DNA from: Dendrobates tinctorius
Lineage: Eukaryota
Assembly: GCF_039654945.1 (NCBI RefSeq)
Contig: NW_027361681.1
Span: 14,260,001 to 14,324,000, forward strand
Reading direction: 5' to 3'
Length of the DNA stretch: 64,000 bases
In this document: piece by piece, positions 38,367 through 51,814 of the stretch
How the letters are laid out: each line of letters starts with the position of its first letter
Numbering within the stretch: the first letter of the stretch is position 1
Notes under the pieces: model-generated
Databases searched by the model: none
What the model was told of the DNA's origin: nothing
Seen by the model: only the letters and a program-made list of their open reading frames with translations
Program-made: the position numbers and the translations under genes

Positions 38367-41300
38367 CAGGGTGGATTTGATTTAAATCTAACTGATTTAA
38401 ATCACGATTTAAATCACTAGTCAGTAAGGCTTGATTTAAATCAGTGATTTAAATCAAAGTTTCTACCTAAACTAGTTCTTGCTACTTTAACATGCAAGTA
38501 GATGAAGATTTTTAGAATCACTTTTTATATTACTTTTTCTCCCCAGTTTAATGGGTTAATCATTCATATTTGGACACCACTGTTCTGTTGTACTTAGGAA
38601 GGAGAAAAATAATCCTGACCTTAATAACAATTTAAATAGATTTATTCAACTGAAACAATAACCACATTACAGCATAAGTTATTTGCTTAAACAAACATCC
38701 ATGTTTGTTAACTAATTTGGCTAAACAAAATATATATATATTTTAAGAATCTTAGACTGTCAGCCCAGCCGACACATGAAAAACTTAAATACTACTGTCC
38801 CTGCTGTCCTCTGTAGCTCACTTGTCGTCATCTTCATCATCATCTTCTTCTTTGTTCCTATTCATAATCTGGAAAAGAAAAACAAGCTTTCCTGCTTTAT
38901 TGGGTCCCAACCGATTTCTCAATTTAGAATGAATGAGTCCAAAGGAAGAGAATATTCTTTCAACGCCTGCAGAAGAAGCTACTGCTGTTAAAAGTGAAAT
39001 CATTACTTGAACAGTCTCTAAATCCAAGCGCTTAAGTGACTTCCACCAGTTTACTGGTGTGACCTTCCTTAAAATATCTTCAGCAAACATATATTTCTTG
39101 AATGGTTCCCCCTTAGCGCTGAAGTTTATTATAGTTGGCATTAAAGATGGATGATTGCTGGATACCCATGTCATAGCTAACTCCTCTTCCTCAGCACTTA
39201 GGTTTTGACCCTGATATTGGATATTGACAATATTTGCCAAAAAATGAGCTGGAGTCAGTGCTTGTCCCATTCGTTTGTTTACTGCTTGTAATTTAATTCT
39301 GTCCATGTGTAGTTCTGTTTTTAAGTGTTCACTCAGTTCCTTCCAAATTTCAACAGCATCCGCAATAAAACAGCTATTTTTCTGTATTTTGTTTAAAGCT
39401 TGAGAGATGGGTTTCAGGAAGCTCAGCATATGTTCAACATTTCTCTTAAGCCCAATGTTGAGGATTTTGGCCGTGACAGTGCCATCTATTTTATCTCGAT
39501 TTTCTTCACAAAGTGTCATCAGAACAGGCCAGTTTTTGATATACTGCTCAAAACAGTCCACCACAGAGTTCCATCTAACATCTTGTGGGAGCGTTAGCTT
39601 GGTTCCACACATCCTTTTCAGAGCTGCTGCAGCAAAATGATTATTACGGAAGTATTTAGCAATTTCAACAACATTAGCCTTTATTTCTGGAACACTTAAG
39701 TCTTTGGCTAAGAGGTGCAGCAAATGAGCACTGCAACCATATGTTATTAGCAGCTTTGTATTCCCTCCCTGCTCTTCTAAATCTCTTCTCATCTTGGATA
39801 CGTTTGCAGCATTGTCAGTGACCAAACTGCGTACTAGACATTTGAATTTTTGTTCACATGTCGTTATAGCTTTTACTGCCACTTCTTGTAAGTATTCTGC
39901 TGTGTGTGCATTTCCTGACGTATCAGTTGTTTGTGCAAGGAAGACTTTACCTTCTTCTGTTGTTATACAAGCACATACAATAGGATCATTGTGGACATTA
40001 CTCCACCCATCAATACTTAGGTTAACAATTTTACCCTCCAGAGCTGTTGCACATTGCTCCATTTCTCTGTCATACACTTGATCCAGCAGTTTCCCTGCAA
40101 CATCAGCTCTGCTGGGTGGACTGTATCCTGGTCTCAGTGACTGAACCATATTAATGAAATGTGGGTTCTCAGTCAGACGGAAAGAAGAGTTCGTTGCATA
40201 AATAAACTGGGCAATTTTTTCATCAATCAACTCTTTTTCTAATCTGCTAGTTCTTATCACAAACCTTTCTATGGTGGTTCCAGGAGGTAAAGGTTTTTTC
40301 TTCCTTTTGGGTGATGGTAATATTTGGCTGTGGGTGTCTGATGATGCTGCTGCTGCTGCTAATGAAGCACTATCCTGGATGGATAACTCTGAAACTGTAG
40401 AACAGGATGATGGTGATCTTGGAGGTGGATAGTTTCCAGAATCCATGAATTCCCCTAAACAAAAAAAGTCAATGCTGTTATTTTATTGTTTATACAATTT
40501 CTGCTTATTGTACACAACACATCACTGCCCCTGCCCCAAAAGGAATATTTGTTTTTCTTCATAACTGTACCAAATGACAGTAACATGCAGTAATAATAAA
40601 TATAATTTTTCTCACACATGACAGTTCAGTCTTTAGAAATAGGATTCAATAAAAATGTTTACCAACCTGAAGATCCTGCCTGTTCAGAAGTGTTTCTTTG
40701 GTCATCTTCATCACCGCACTTCTCATGATGTTGCCTCATTCGCGCCACCAGGCCTTGCATCTCTTTGTTGCATCGTTTGCATTTTGCACGCATGCCTGCC
40801 TTACCGATAGGCGAAGGAGCTTCATTAAAATATTCCCAAGCTGGGTCTCTTTTACGGCCTGCTGCCATTATAAGGAAAGAATGTAATAAACCTCAGATCG
40901 TACACACAAACAGATCCAGACTTGTCTGTCTGTGGCTATGCTGCAGTATTGTGCTCAAAGTTTCACTTTCATTTTCTTGTCTGCTTGCCCTTCCTCCTCC
41001 TCACACTTAGATTCACATTCTTCTTGTGTTGTGCAGATCTATTCCACTCCAAACAATCAGAAACATATTGTCTAACTTCTTGGACTTGGCACTGAAGGGG
41101 GTGATTCTGTATTCATAGGTTTGTAGAACAATAGGATTAAGGTCTTTTTCTCAACTCTGTTCATGTTGTAACATTTTTGCCATGAAGAAGAGGCTGGGAC
41201 CTCTGCAGAGTCAAATTCAGTTTTGAGAACTGCGTAAGTAAAGCGAGCGTCTGTGATAATATAGGAAAGAAACTGCCCACTAATCCTACAGACACCTCTG

Positions 41301-41498
41301 GAAGAGCATGGCATTGTGAATGTTACACATATACAGCCTTTATTCTACTGAGTTAAACAACTCAGCTTTATCTCATGATGGAAGAACCTTTGGATGGTAA
41401 AATATTTTCCTCAAAAAGCAGTTTATTGAAAAAAATCCGATTTAAATAAAAAAAAAATCCGATTTTTTTTAAAAAAACATTGATTATTATCCACCTTG
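38367..41498 (-). mobile_element. Full-length, apparently autonomous hAT transposon (3132 bp)
   Basis: TIRs CAGGGTGGAT/ATCCACCTTG; perfect 8-bp TSD GTTTAGGC; subterminal GATTTAAATC repeats; intact transposase. Confidence 0.92.
38818..40868 (-). CDS. hAT transposase with BED zinc finger, 2 exons (40868-40667 and 40454-38818), 612 aa, intact
   Basis: WEYF..CKRC..HHEKC BED finger; phase-1 GT-AG intron; SIDGWSN, VTDNAAN, CSAH, VRWNS and VERIFS motifs. Confidence 0.9.
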
Positions 41499-43726
41499 GT
41501 TTAGGCACATCAGGGGCTCTCCAAACGTGGCATGGCGTCCGATCTGAATTCCAGCCAATTTTGCAGTGAAAAGTCAAACGGCGCTCCTTCCCTTCCGAGC
41601 TTTGCCATGCGCCCAAACAGTGGTCCCCCCCCCCCCCACATATCAGGTATCAGCGTACTCAGGACAAATTGCACAATAACTTTTCCAGTCTAATTTCTCC
41701 TGTTACATTTGGTAAAATAAAAAAAATTGAACCTGAAGTAATTTTTTTTGTAAAATAAAGTTAAATGTTCATTTTTTTTTTAAACATTCAAAAATTCCTG
41801 TGAAGCACCTAAAGGGTTAATAAACTTCTTGAATGTGGTTTTGAGCACCTTGAGGGGTGCAGTTTTTAGAATGGTGTCACTTTTGGGTATTTTCTATCAT
41901 ATAGAGCCCTCAAAGAGACTTCAAATGTGATGTGGTCCCTAAAAATAAAATGGTGTTGTAAAAATAAGAAATCGCTGGTCAACTTTTAACCCTTATAACT
42001 TCCTAACAAAAAAAAAAAAATTTTGGTTCCTAAATTGTGCTGATGTAAAGTAAACATGTGGGAAATGTTATTTATTAAGTTTTTTGTGTGCCATATCTCT
42101 GTGATTTAAGGGCATAAAAATTCAAAGTTGGAAAATTGCGAAATTTTCAAAATTCTCGCCAAATTTCTGTTGTTTTTTTTTTACAAATAAACGCAAGTTA
42201 TATGAATGAAATTTTACCACTAACATGAAGTACAATATGTCACGAGAAAACATTGTCAGAATCACCGGGATCCATGGAAGCGTTTCAGAGTTATTACCGC
42301 ATAAAGGGACAGTGGTCAGAATTGTAAAAATTGGCCCGGGCATTAACATGCAAACCACCCTTGGGGGTGAAGGGGTTAATGCGAAAAAATGAACTTTTTT
42401 GAATTTACCAAAGGGATGCAATGAAACAAAGAGTAACAAAAAATTTAAAGGGGTCTGAATACTTTCCGTAGCCACTGTATCTGGTGGTGTGTGACTTTGC
42501 TTTCTCCTTCACATTCCCGGATACTGATCCAGGCACAAGAATTCCCCTCCACTCTGTAATTGGTATACAGATGTGCACGGTACTCTCCCCAAACAGCAGC
42601 TTCTCCCTAAATGCTACCAGCTAGCTCCGCCCAGAGCACTTACTTTACATCAATGGATGTGTAATTTTGTTTTACTTAAACTCCCCTTCCCAGCAGATGT
42701 GATTTATTGCGAATCCGGATTTTGCCAACAGAGGTCAGAAGGAGTTTGTGATTAGAGTAAAAAGTATATTATTGAAATTAAATGTACTCAGGTTGTGCAG
42801 CGTTTACATGATCTTTCATCTCATTGAAGTGACTTCTGTGAACATTGTCACAGATGATACTTATTACATCCTATTTATTGGGTGCTATTTTTTATTATGT
42901 TGTGTTTAGAAAGGAAAATAATGCCTTTAAAAATAAGGAGCTTGTGATTCACTTTCTCCAAGCCTTGGGAGGAATTTCCAGGGAGTCTCCTAATTATCCC
43001 TAGCAAGAACTTCGAACCTCCCACAGAAGTGGACACGTCCTTCTTGTCTTTTGGGATGGCTCGCAGAGTTAATGGGCAGCTCATCCAACTGCGCCTAGAT
43101 CTCTGGGATATTCTCCACCCTACAGACACAGATATTCCATCTTTTCAGCCTCTTATAACTTATCATCTGTATCATTTCTTCCTCTACCTCCAGGACTGGG
43201 CCCTCACGGTGGGCATCGGAAGCATTCTTTTATGCACCACATACAATGATATGGACGAACCAAAGGTGCGACAGTTATACAAAACCGTCATGGAAACCCT
43301 GTATAATATAGCCTAAATTCGTACAGCTCCAGTCAGGCTGAAATCTGCTCCATGATTACTGACTTTAGTGCAATGAGAGGCTGCCCATCTGCTATGGTAC
43401 ATGGTTGAATAAATGGACCACAGTGCACCTTCAAAATAGTTCTCCAAACTGGTCACACGGAGAGCACCCCATAAGTGTGCTACAGGTGCAGACACATACG
43501 GGAGCGTGCAAAACTAGATCAGAAGGTTAAATGTTCCACCTATGTCATGTCAACACTTCATGGGCAGCTCCTGTGGTAGGACTCACCCTGGACTTGGGAA
43601 CTGTCCAGAAACAATCCTCCTCCCGATGAGTGGGCATGGTCCTAACCCTAAAAAACCTTTAGCAGATGGTGAAGGACACTTATGTTGGCAGTATAGAATA
43701 GCGGGAAGCACACAATCCAGCTAGAG

Positions 43727-43913
43727 CAGTGTTCCCCAACTCCAGTCATCAAGAACCACCAACAGGTCATGTTTTCAGGATTTTCTTAGTATTGCCCAGG
43801 TGATAATTGCATTACCTACACAGGCAGGAATTCCATCACCTGTGAAATACTAAGGAAATCCTGAAAACATGACCTGTTGGGGGCTCTTGATGACCGGAGT
43901 TGGGGGAACACTG
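43727..43913. mobile_element. hAT-type palindromic MITE
   Basis: CAGTGTTCCCCAACTCC ... GGAGTTGGGGGAACACTG. Confidence 0.75.
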
Positions 43914-45021
43914 ATCTAAGAGGAAGTGAAAAATATGGCTACTTCTGTTCAGCCATTTCTATTACGTACAACAAGATGACACTTCTGACCAGAACTGGAC
44001 AATGGCTCTTCCTAATGTTTTGTTTTTCAAGTCCCTGCACATGGTTTCTCACTTACTGTTGCTGGGTTCCACTAGACCCACTCCGATGGTTCCACAGGAA
44101 TTAGTGGTCACCTGCTCTGTGCGATTGTAGCTATGGCATTGAACACACAGGGCAGACAGTGTCCAGATAACAGCGCCACCCGCCATCCACATTAGAGGGA
44201 ATATGCACATCAGTTATTGTGATTGGGTGCTCAGAGCCGGTAGGCACCAATGCACCAAGCAGTCAGCCATCTCCTGCACAGATGGGAAAGCAGATGGTTT
44301 CTGAAATGCACAGCAAAGACTAAAGTGGAAATTTGGGAATTTTTTGTGGGGTGGGGCACTTTAGGGGAGAGGGTGACCAGATATTCCTGCAGTCAGTGCA
44401 TATGTACAAGAGGAGAGGAAGGCAGGTAGGGAGCTGAGAAGAAGGGAACCTGGGTAATCATTTACATCCAGCCTCCAAACTAATAAGTAAGGGATGTGCA
44501 TTCAAGAAATGTTAGCTGCTCACCCAAGCATCAGGGATTTCACATGTACCAGATCTGGATAAGGGACTCTGATTTCACCTAAGCAAACAGAACCAAAAAT
44601 GTACAAACACCAAAAAAATACATTTTTTAAAATAAAATCTGAAGTTAGTCCTTGAGTAAAATTGAGGGGTTCACCACAGAGGTTGTCTCACAGCTAATCC
44701 AGTGTCCTATGTGGAACGTCTTCTTACTCCAGGATCCAATGTAGATTGTACAGTTATCATACACGTATACAGGTATGTAATGATGGAGGGGACAGGACTG
44801 GAAAGCTCTCTCGTGCAGCATGAGGAAGATGAAGAACAGATTTTCCATTGGGTTTAGTTACACTCTGTTCAATGTATGAAGAGCAAAGTCTCATACATTA
44901 GAACATAACTTAAATGTGAGCATAAGACCAAACCTTTATTACTAATAATCTGGATAAACATGAGAACCATATGATACATAGATGCAATTGTTCTGTGTGT
45001 AGAGTCAACAGGTTGCTGATA

Positions 45022-47538
45022 GCCTGTATTATACTCCAGAGCTGCACTCACTATTCTGCTGGTGCAGTCACTGTGTCCATACATTACTGATCCTGAGTTA
45101 CAACCTGTATTATACTCCAGAGCTGCACTCACTATTCTGCTGGTGCAGTCACGATGTACATACATTATATTACTAATCCTGTACTGATCCTGAGTTACAT
45201 CCTGTATTATACTCCAGAGCTGCACTCACTATTCTGCTGGTGCAGTCACCGTGTACATACATTACTGATCCTGAGTTACCTCCTGTATTATACTCCAGAG
45301 CTGCACTCACTATTCTGCTGCTAAGAAATATATGTACCCAGCAACTATGCTAATTATGGAGATTTATTCTATACTAAAGTGGAAATTTGGGAATTTTTTT
45401 GGGGGTGGGGCACTTTAGGGGAGAGGGTGACCAGATATTCCTGCAGTCAGTGCATATGTACAATAGGAGAGGAAGGCAGGTAGGGAGTTGAGAAGGGAAC
45501 CTGAGTTACATCCTGTATTATACCCAGAGCTGCACTCACTAATCTGCTGATGCAGTCACTGTGCACATACATTACTGATCCTGAGCTAACTCCTGTATTA
45601 TACTCGAGCTGCACTCACTATTCTGCTGGTGCAGTCACTGTGTACATACATTAGGCTAAGTGCACACGTTGCAGAAAATTTCTGCACAAAAACCTGAATC
45701 CCTTCCCAGAAACCGCACCTATTTTTCCGCGGCGTTTTTTGCGCGGTTTTGATGCGTTTTTTACCGCAGCGGTTTCTAAACGCATGGGAGAAGCCAAAAC
45801 CGCGGAAAAATCCGCAAAATTAATGAGCATGCTGCGTTTTTTACCGCGATGCGTTTTTTTCGCGGTAAAAAACGCATCAATGTGCACAAAAAGTGCAAAA
45901 TGCATAGAAATGACTGTGCAGCTTATTTTTAGCGGTTTTATAGTGAAAACCGCGGTAAAAACCGATAAAAAAACACTGTGTGTGAACACAGCCTTACTGA
46001 TCCTGAGTTAACTCCTGTATTATACTCCAGAGCTGCACTCACTATTCTGCTGGTGCAGTCACTGTGTACATACATTACTTATCCTCTACTGATCCTGAGT
46101 TAACTCCTGTATTATACCCCAGAGCTGCACTCACTATTCTGCTGGTGCAGTCACTGTGTACATACATTACATTACTGATCCTGAGTTACAACCTGTATTA
46201 TACTCCAGAGCTGAACTCACTATTCTGCTGGTGCAGTCACTGTGTCCATACATTACTGATCCTGAGTTACAACCTGTATTATACTCCAGAGCTGCACTCA
46301 CTATTCTGCTGGTGCAGTCACGATGTACATACATTATATTACTAATCCTGTACTGATCCTGAGTTACATCCTGTATTATACTCCAGAGCTGCACTCACTA
46401 TTCTGCTGGTGCAGTCACCGTGTACATACATTACTGATCCTGAGTTACCTCCTGTATTATACTCCAGAGCTGCACTCACTATTCTGCTGCTAAGAAATAT
46501 ATGTACCCAGCAACTATGCTAATTATGGAGATTTATTCTATACTAAAGTGGAAATTTGGGAATTTTTTTGGGGGTGGGGCACTTTAGGGGAGAGGGTGAC
46601 CAGATATTCCTGCAGTCAGTGCATATGTACAATAGGAGAGGAAGGCAGGTAGGGAGTTGAGAAGAAGGGAACCTGAGTTACATCCTGTATTATACCCAGA
46701 GCTGCACTCACTAATCTGCTGATGCAGTCACTGTGTACATACATTATATTACTGATCCTGTACTGATCCCGAGTTAACTCCTGTATTATACTCCAGAGCT
46801 GCACTCACTATTCTGCTGGTGCAGTCACTGTGTACATACATTACTGATCCTGTACTCATCCTGAGTTACATCCTGTATTATACCCCAGAGCTGCACTCAC
46901 TATTCTGCTGGTGCAGTCACTGTGTATATACATTACTGATCCTGTACTCATCCTGAGTTACATCCTGTATTATACACCAGAGCTGCACTCACTATTCTGC
47001 TGGTGCAGTCACTGTGTACATACATTACATATCCTGTACTGATCCTGAGTTACATCGTGTATTATACTCCAGAGCTGCACTCACTATTCTGCTGGTATAG
47101 TCACTGTGTGCATACATTACATATCCTGTACTGATCCTGAGTTACATCGTGTATTATACTCCAGAGCTGCACTCACTATTCTGCTGGTGCAGTCACTGTG
47201 TACATACATTACTGATCCTGTACTGATCCTGAATTACATCCTGTATTATACTCCAGAGCTCCACTCACTATTCTGCTGGTGCAGTCACTGTGTACATACA
47301 TTACTGATCCTGTACTGATCCTGAATTACATCCTGTATTATACTCCAGAGCTGCACTCACTATTCTGCTGGTGCAGTCACTGTGTACATACATTACTGAT
47401 CCTGAGTTACATCCTGTATTATACCCCAGAGCTGCACTCACTATTCTGCTGGTGTGGTCACCGTGTACATACATTACATTACTGATCCTGAGTTACCTCC
47501 TGTATTATACTCCAGAGCTGCACTCACTATTCTGCTGG
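45022..47538. repeat. ~81-95-bp satellite with higher-order duplication
   Basis: Unit CTGATCCTGAGTTACATCCTGTATTATACTCCAGAGCTGCACTCACTATTCTGCTGGTGCAGTCACTGTGTACATACATTA. Confidence 0.95.
45654..45993. mobile_element. Harbinger-type MITE in satellite
   Basis: GGCTAAGTGCACAC ... GTGTGAACACAGCC; TTA TSD. Confidence 0.8.
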
Positions 47539-48222
47539 TAAGAAATATATGTACCCAGCAACTATGCTAATTATGGAGATTTATTCTATACAGTAGTTAT
47601 ACGGCAAAGTATCGTATGGATCTACGTCTATATATACACAGTGATTGCTCGTGAAGCATTTCCTGCGAAGCTCCACTTATATTGGGCCACCTGTATACGT
47701 CCTGACAACCCCGCAGTTGGCACGGTGGCAGCCGTTAATATAACTAAGCTCTAATCCTAGCATTTTCCTGTTGCCAAAACAAAGTCTCTGAGGACTCAGG
47801 TCAGGGGGGAGCAGTATGAAATGCTCTCCCCTCACAGAACAGCTGCGGTCACCAAGGCTGGGTCACGCCTCATGCTGGAGCCGGATATGGTTATGGATTA
47901 TGCTCTAGTTACACCCAGAGCTGCATTCGTAATTCTTAGGTAAATTGATTTTACAACAGAGAAAGGCAGGTTAACCAGTTGTGTCATTGGCTCCAGTTCT
48001 GGAAGACCTTGTGCACACCGCGCAGTGTAATGTCATGTTATACTGTTACAATGTCACCATCACACAGTTGTGATTTGTCCCCTCCTCGCTGTATTTCTCA
48101 AGTCTCACTGGCTGATGCATTTTTGGGACAGTTTACCTATCCTTCATGCCTCCATGATGCCTTCTGAATGAGATGATTCTTCACGCATCATTGCTATAGC
48201 CATATGCGAACAAGGGCTTTAA

Positions 48223-51200
48223 CCCCTTTCTGACATCCGATGTACTATCCTGTCCACGGTACCTGGGCTCGTATGACCGTGGACGGGATAGTACGTCGAG
48301 GCCTTTAATGCGATACCGCGACTAAAATTCCAACGCCAACTCACCTTAGGGAAGATGGTGTCGGCCTCCCGGGCTGCGATCCCGCCCCCCCGGCCTCCAG
48401 AGCGCTGTGATTGACTGTTCAATTCTTAACAGCAAATCGCAGCGTTTCTCATTGGCTGAAACAATGAGGTCCTAGGCTAGGATCGGAGCACCGATGTACT
48501 CGATCCTAACCCCGATGCCTGGCAACGCCAGGCACCAGCTTTTAGCCCCCGGATTGGCGCGATCACTGATCTAATCATTCGCGCCAATCGCTGGGCACAG
48601 CGGCGGTATACAGCCACTGTGACCTGCCAGTACCGGCCCGGATTGGTGCTGTATTAGCACCGATCCAAGGCCGGAGCCTGGTACAGGCCCAGCACGAGCT
48701 GGTTGGCGCAATCGATGTTATCGTTGATCGCACCAACCACAGGGCACAGCTGCGGTCACGCTGTGACCACTCTGCGCCCTGGCCGTGACCTGCCTAGGAA
48801 TCTGAGATGTGAGCTCCGATCCTAGGCCGTTGCCATGGTCATCAGGGCAAGCATGGATTGGTGGGATCGATGTAATCATTCGATCCCACCAATGACAGGT
48901 CACAGCAACGGTGTAACTGCTCTGTGACCTGTCTCTGACCTGCAGGTGACCTGACTTCTCTGCAGGGGTCCTCACTCTTGCTGAGGACATCTGCGTGGAT
49001 GAGTCCTTGGTTCATTTCAAGGGAAGGCTGCAATTCTGTCAATACCTGCTCAGTAAGAGGGCCAGGTACGGAATCAAACTCTATAAGCTGTGTGAGAGTA
49101 CCTCAGGGTACACCCAGAGGTTTAGAGTGTACGAAGGGAAGGACACCAGGATTGAACCCCGAGTGTCCTCCTTTTCTGGGAACGAGTGGGAAAATTGTGG
49201 GATTTGGTGCACCCACTGCTGGATAAAGGTTATCACCTCTACACTGATAACTTTTATACCAGCGTCCCACTCTACAAATCCCTCTCTGCGCAAGGTACCG
49301 CATCCTGCGGTACTGTCCGCAAAAATCAGAGAGGCCTCCCGAAGTCGCTACATGGGCAGATGCTCCGAAAAGGTGAGAGCAGAGCCCAATGTAGCGACCA
49401 CCTCCTGGTGGTAAAGTACAAGAGGGATGTACTTCACTTGACCAACATACACGGTGATGGCAGCACCCTCTGCACTGTACGGGGTACCTCTACACAGGTC
49501 AGCAAACCTGACTGTGTACTGAGGTACAATAAAAACATGGGGGGTGTTGATCTTTGAGGAAGGCCAAGGTGTGGTATAAAAAGCCGTCCGTGCACATCGT
49601 CCAAATGGCAATGCTCAAAGCATTCCTGCTGTCACGATGTGCACGCCACACCGATATGTCGTACCTTTAGTTCCAGGAGGTAGTGGTTAAGGCCCTGGCC
49701 TGTGTATGAAGGATTGCTTCAAACTGTACCACACCTCCATGCACTACTAATTTACTTTACCGGAAACATTAGATTAGTTGGGGGCACATCTAGATTTTTT
49801 CTTTGGGGGTCTAGTATCCAAAATGATGTCACATTTTTTTTTTCCTGTTTAGGCACATTAGGGGTTCTGCAAACGGAACATAACGCCCGCAGACCATCAA
49901 AGTCTGCATTCCAAAACGTCAGTACTTCCCTTTCGAGCCCCGACATGTGCCTAAACAGTTTTTTCCCACATGTGGGGTACCAACGTACTCAGGACAAATT
50001 GGACGACTTTACCCTTGGGAAAATTAAAAATTGGGGACTAAAAGATCATTTTTGTGGGAAAAAAATAGGATTTTATATTTTCACATTTTGGGGGTTCAAA
50101 GTGCTCACCACACATCTAGATAACTTCCTTAGGGAGGGTCTAGTTTCCAAAATGGGGTCACTTGTGGGGGGTTTCTACTGTTTAGGCACATCAGGGGCTC
50201 TGTAAATGGAACATGACGCCCGCAGACCATTCCATCAAAGTCTGCATTCCAAAACGTCATTACTTTCCTTTCAAGCTCCGACGTGTGCCCAAACAGTAGT
50301 TTTCTCCCACATTTGGGGTATCAGCGTACTCAGGACAAATTGGACAACAACTTTTGGGGTCCAATTTCTCCTGTTACCCTTGAGAAAATTAAAAATTGGG
50401 GACAAAAATAATTTTTGTGGAAAAAAAAAAAAATTGGATTTTATATTTTCACACCCAGGCATTATAAACTTTAGCGAAACTCTTGGGGGTTCAAAGTGCT
50501 CACCACATATCTAGATAAGTTCCTTAGGAGGGGGGGTCTAATTTCCAAAATGGGGTCACTTGTGGGGGGGGGGGGGGGGATTCCACTGTTTAGGCACATC
50601 AGGGGCTCGTCAAACGTGACATGGCATCCGATCTCAATTCCAGCCAATTTTAGGTTGAAAAAGTCAAATGGCGCTCCTTCCCTTCTGAGCCCTGCCATGT
50701 GCCCAAACAGTGGTTCCCCCCCCACATTGTGTATCAGTGTACTCAGGACAAATTGGACAACTTTTGGGGTCCAATTTCTCCTGTTACCCTTCAGAAAACA
50801 AAATATTTGGGACTAAAAGATCACGTTTGTGGAAAAAATATTTTTTTATTTTCACACCCGGGCGTTATAAACTTCTGTGAAGCCCTTGGGGGGTCAAAGT
50901 GCTCACCACACATCTAGATAAGTTCCTTAGGGAGTCTAGTTTCCAAAATGGGGTCACTTGTGGGGGGTTACCACTGTTTAGGCACATCAGGGGCTCGTCA
51001 AACACGACATTGCGTCCGATCTCAATTCCAGCCAATTTTAGGTTGAAAAAGTCAATCGGCGCTCCTTCCCTTCTGAGCCCTGCCATGTGCCCAACAGTGT
51101 TCCCCCCCCACATTTTGGGTATCAGCGTACTAAGGACAAATTTAACAACTTTTGGGGTCCAATATCTCCTGCTACCCTTGGGAAAATAAAATTGTTGCTA

Positions 51201-51814
51201 AAAGATCAGTTTTGTGACTAAAAAGTTAAATGTTCATTTTTACCTTCCACGTTGCTTCTGCTCCTGTGAAGCACCTGAAGGGTTAGTAATCTTCTTAAAT
51301 GCAGTTTTGAGTAGCTTGAGGGGTGCAGTTTTTAGAATGGTGTCACTTTTTAGACCCCTCAAAGTGACTTCAAATGTGAGGTGGTCCCTAAAAAAAATGG
51401 TTTTTTAAATTTTGTTGTAAAAATGAGAAGTCGCTGGCCAACTTTTAACCCTTATAACTTCCTAACAAGAAAAAATTTTGTTTCCAAAATTGTGCGGATG
51501 TAAAGTAGATATGTGGGAAATGTTATTTATTAACTATTTTGTGTGACATAGCTGTTTTAAGGGCATAAAAATTCAAAGTTTGAAAATTGCAAAATTTTCA
51601 AAATTTTTGCCATATTTCCATTTTTTTCATAAACGCAAGTTATATCGAATAAATTTTACTTCTAAAGTGAAGTACAATATGTCATGAGAAAATGTCAGAA
51701 TCGCCAAGATCCGTTGAAGCGATCCAGAGATATTACCTCATAAAGGGACAGTGGTCAGAATCGTAAAAATTGGCCCGGTCATTAACGTGCAAACCACCCT
51801 TGGGGGTAAAGGGG
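48223..51814 (+). mobile_element. piggyBac element with decayed PGBD4-like transposase fragment (~48980-49740)
   Basis: TTAA TSDs and CCCCTTT/AAAGGGG ends; VDESLVHFKGR, YTDNFYTS and YNKNMGGVDL motifs, with frameshifts and deletions. Confidence 0.9.

Larger units (their letters stand above)
36660..42375 (+). mobile_element. Non-autonomous piggyBac element
   Basis: TTAA|CCCCTTT ... GAAGGGG|TTAA; 3' region shared with 16283-21197 and 48223-51814. Confidence 0.85.
36211..42477 (-). mobile_element. Tc1 remnant (5' end only) hosting piggyBac
   Basis: GGGGTCTGAATACTTTCCGTAGCCACTG|TA TIR; transposase start MRSKELTKELRDRIVARHRS. Confidence 0.75.
5195..44864 (-). pseudogene. Decayed cadherin-related (CDHR3/CDHR4-like) multi-exon gene
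   Basis: AG/GT-bounded segments: 44728-44864; 44450-44578 (EIRV...LDVNDYP); 44057-44300 (VHIPSNVDG/GAVIWTLSA); 43188-43298; 42953-43119 (VENIPE...FEVLARDN); 35969-36175 (KINASGEIE/VLRNL); 35604-35712 (SIDP/DSGILYMSEP); 12745-12988; 12579-12639; 7523-7616 (EFLLISGD); 6976-7017; a hydrophobic segment at ~6740-6834; and terminal YDDVFKDISIVLDFLF...TAA(5195) overlapping an AATAAA. Most segments carry stops or frameshifts. Confidence 0.55.

Noticed and set aside
44645-44848. Standalone secreted peptide ORF (MENLFFIFLML...)
   Set aside because: Better explained as an exon of the decayed cadherin-like gene; no independent support.
46064-47485. Repetitive ORFs
   Set aside because: Translations of the 81-bp satellite.
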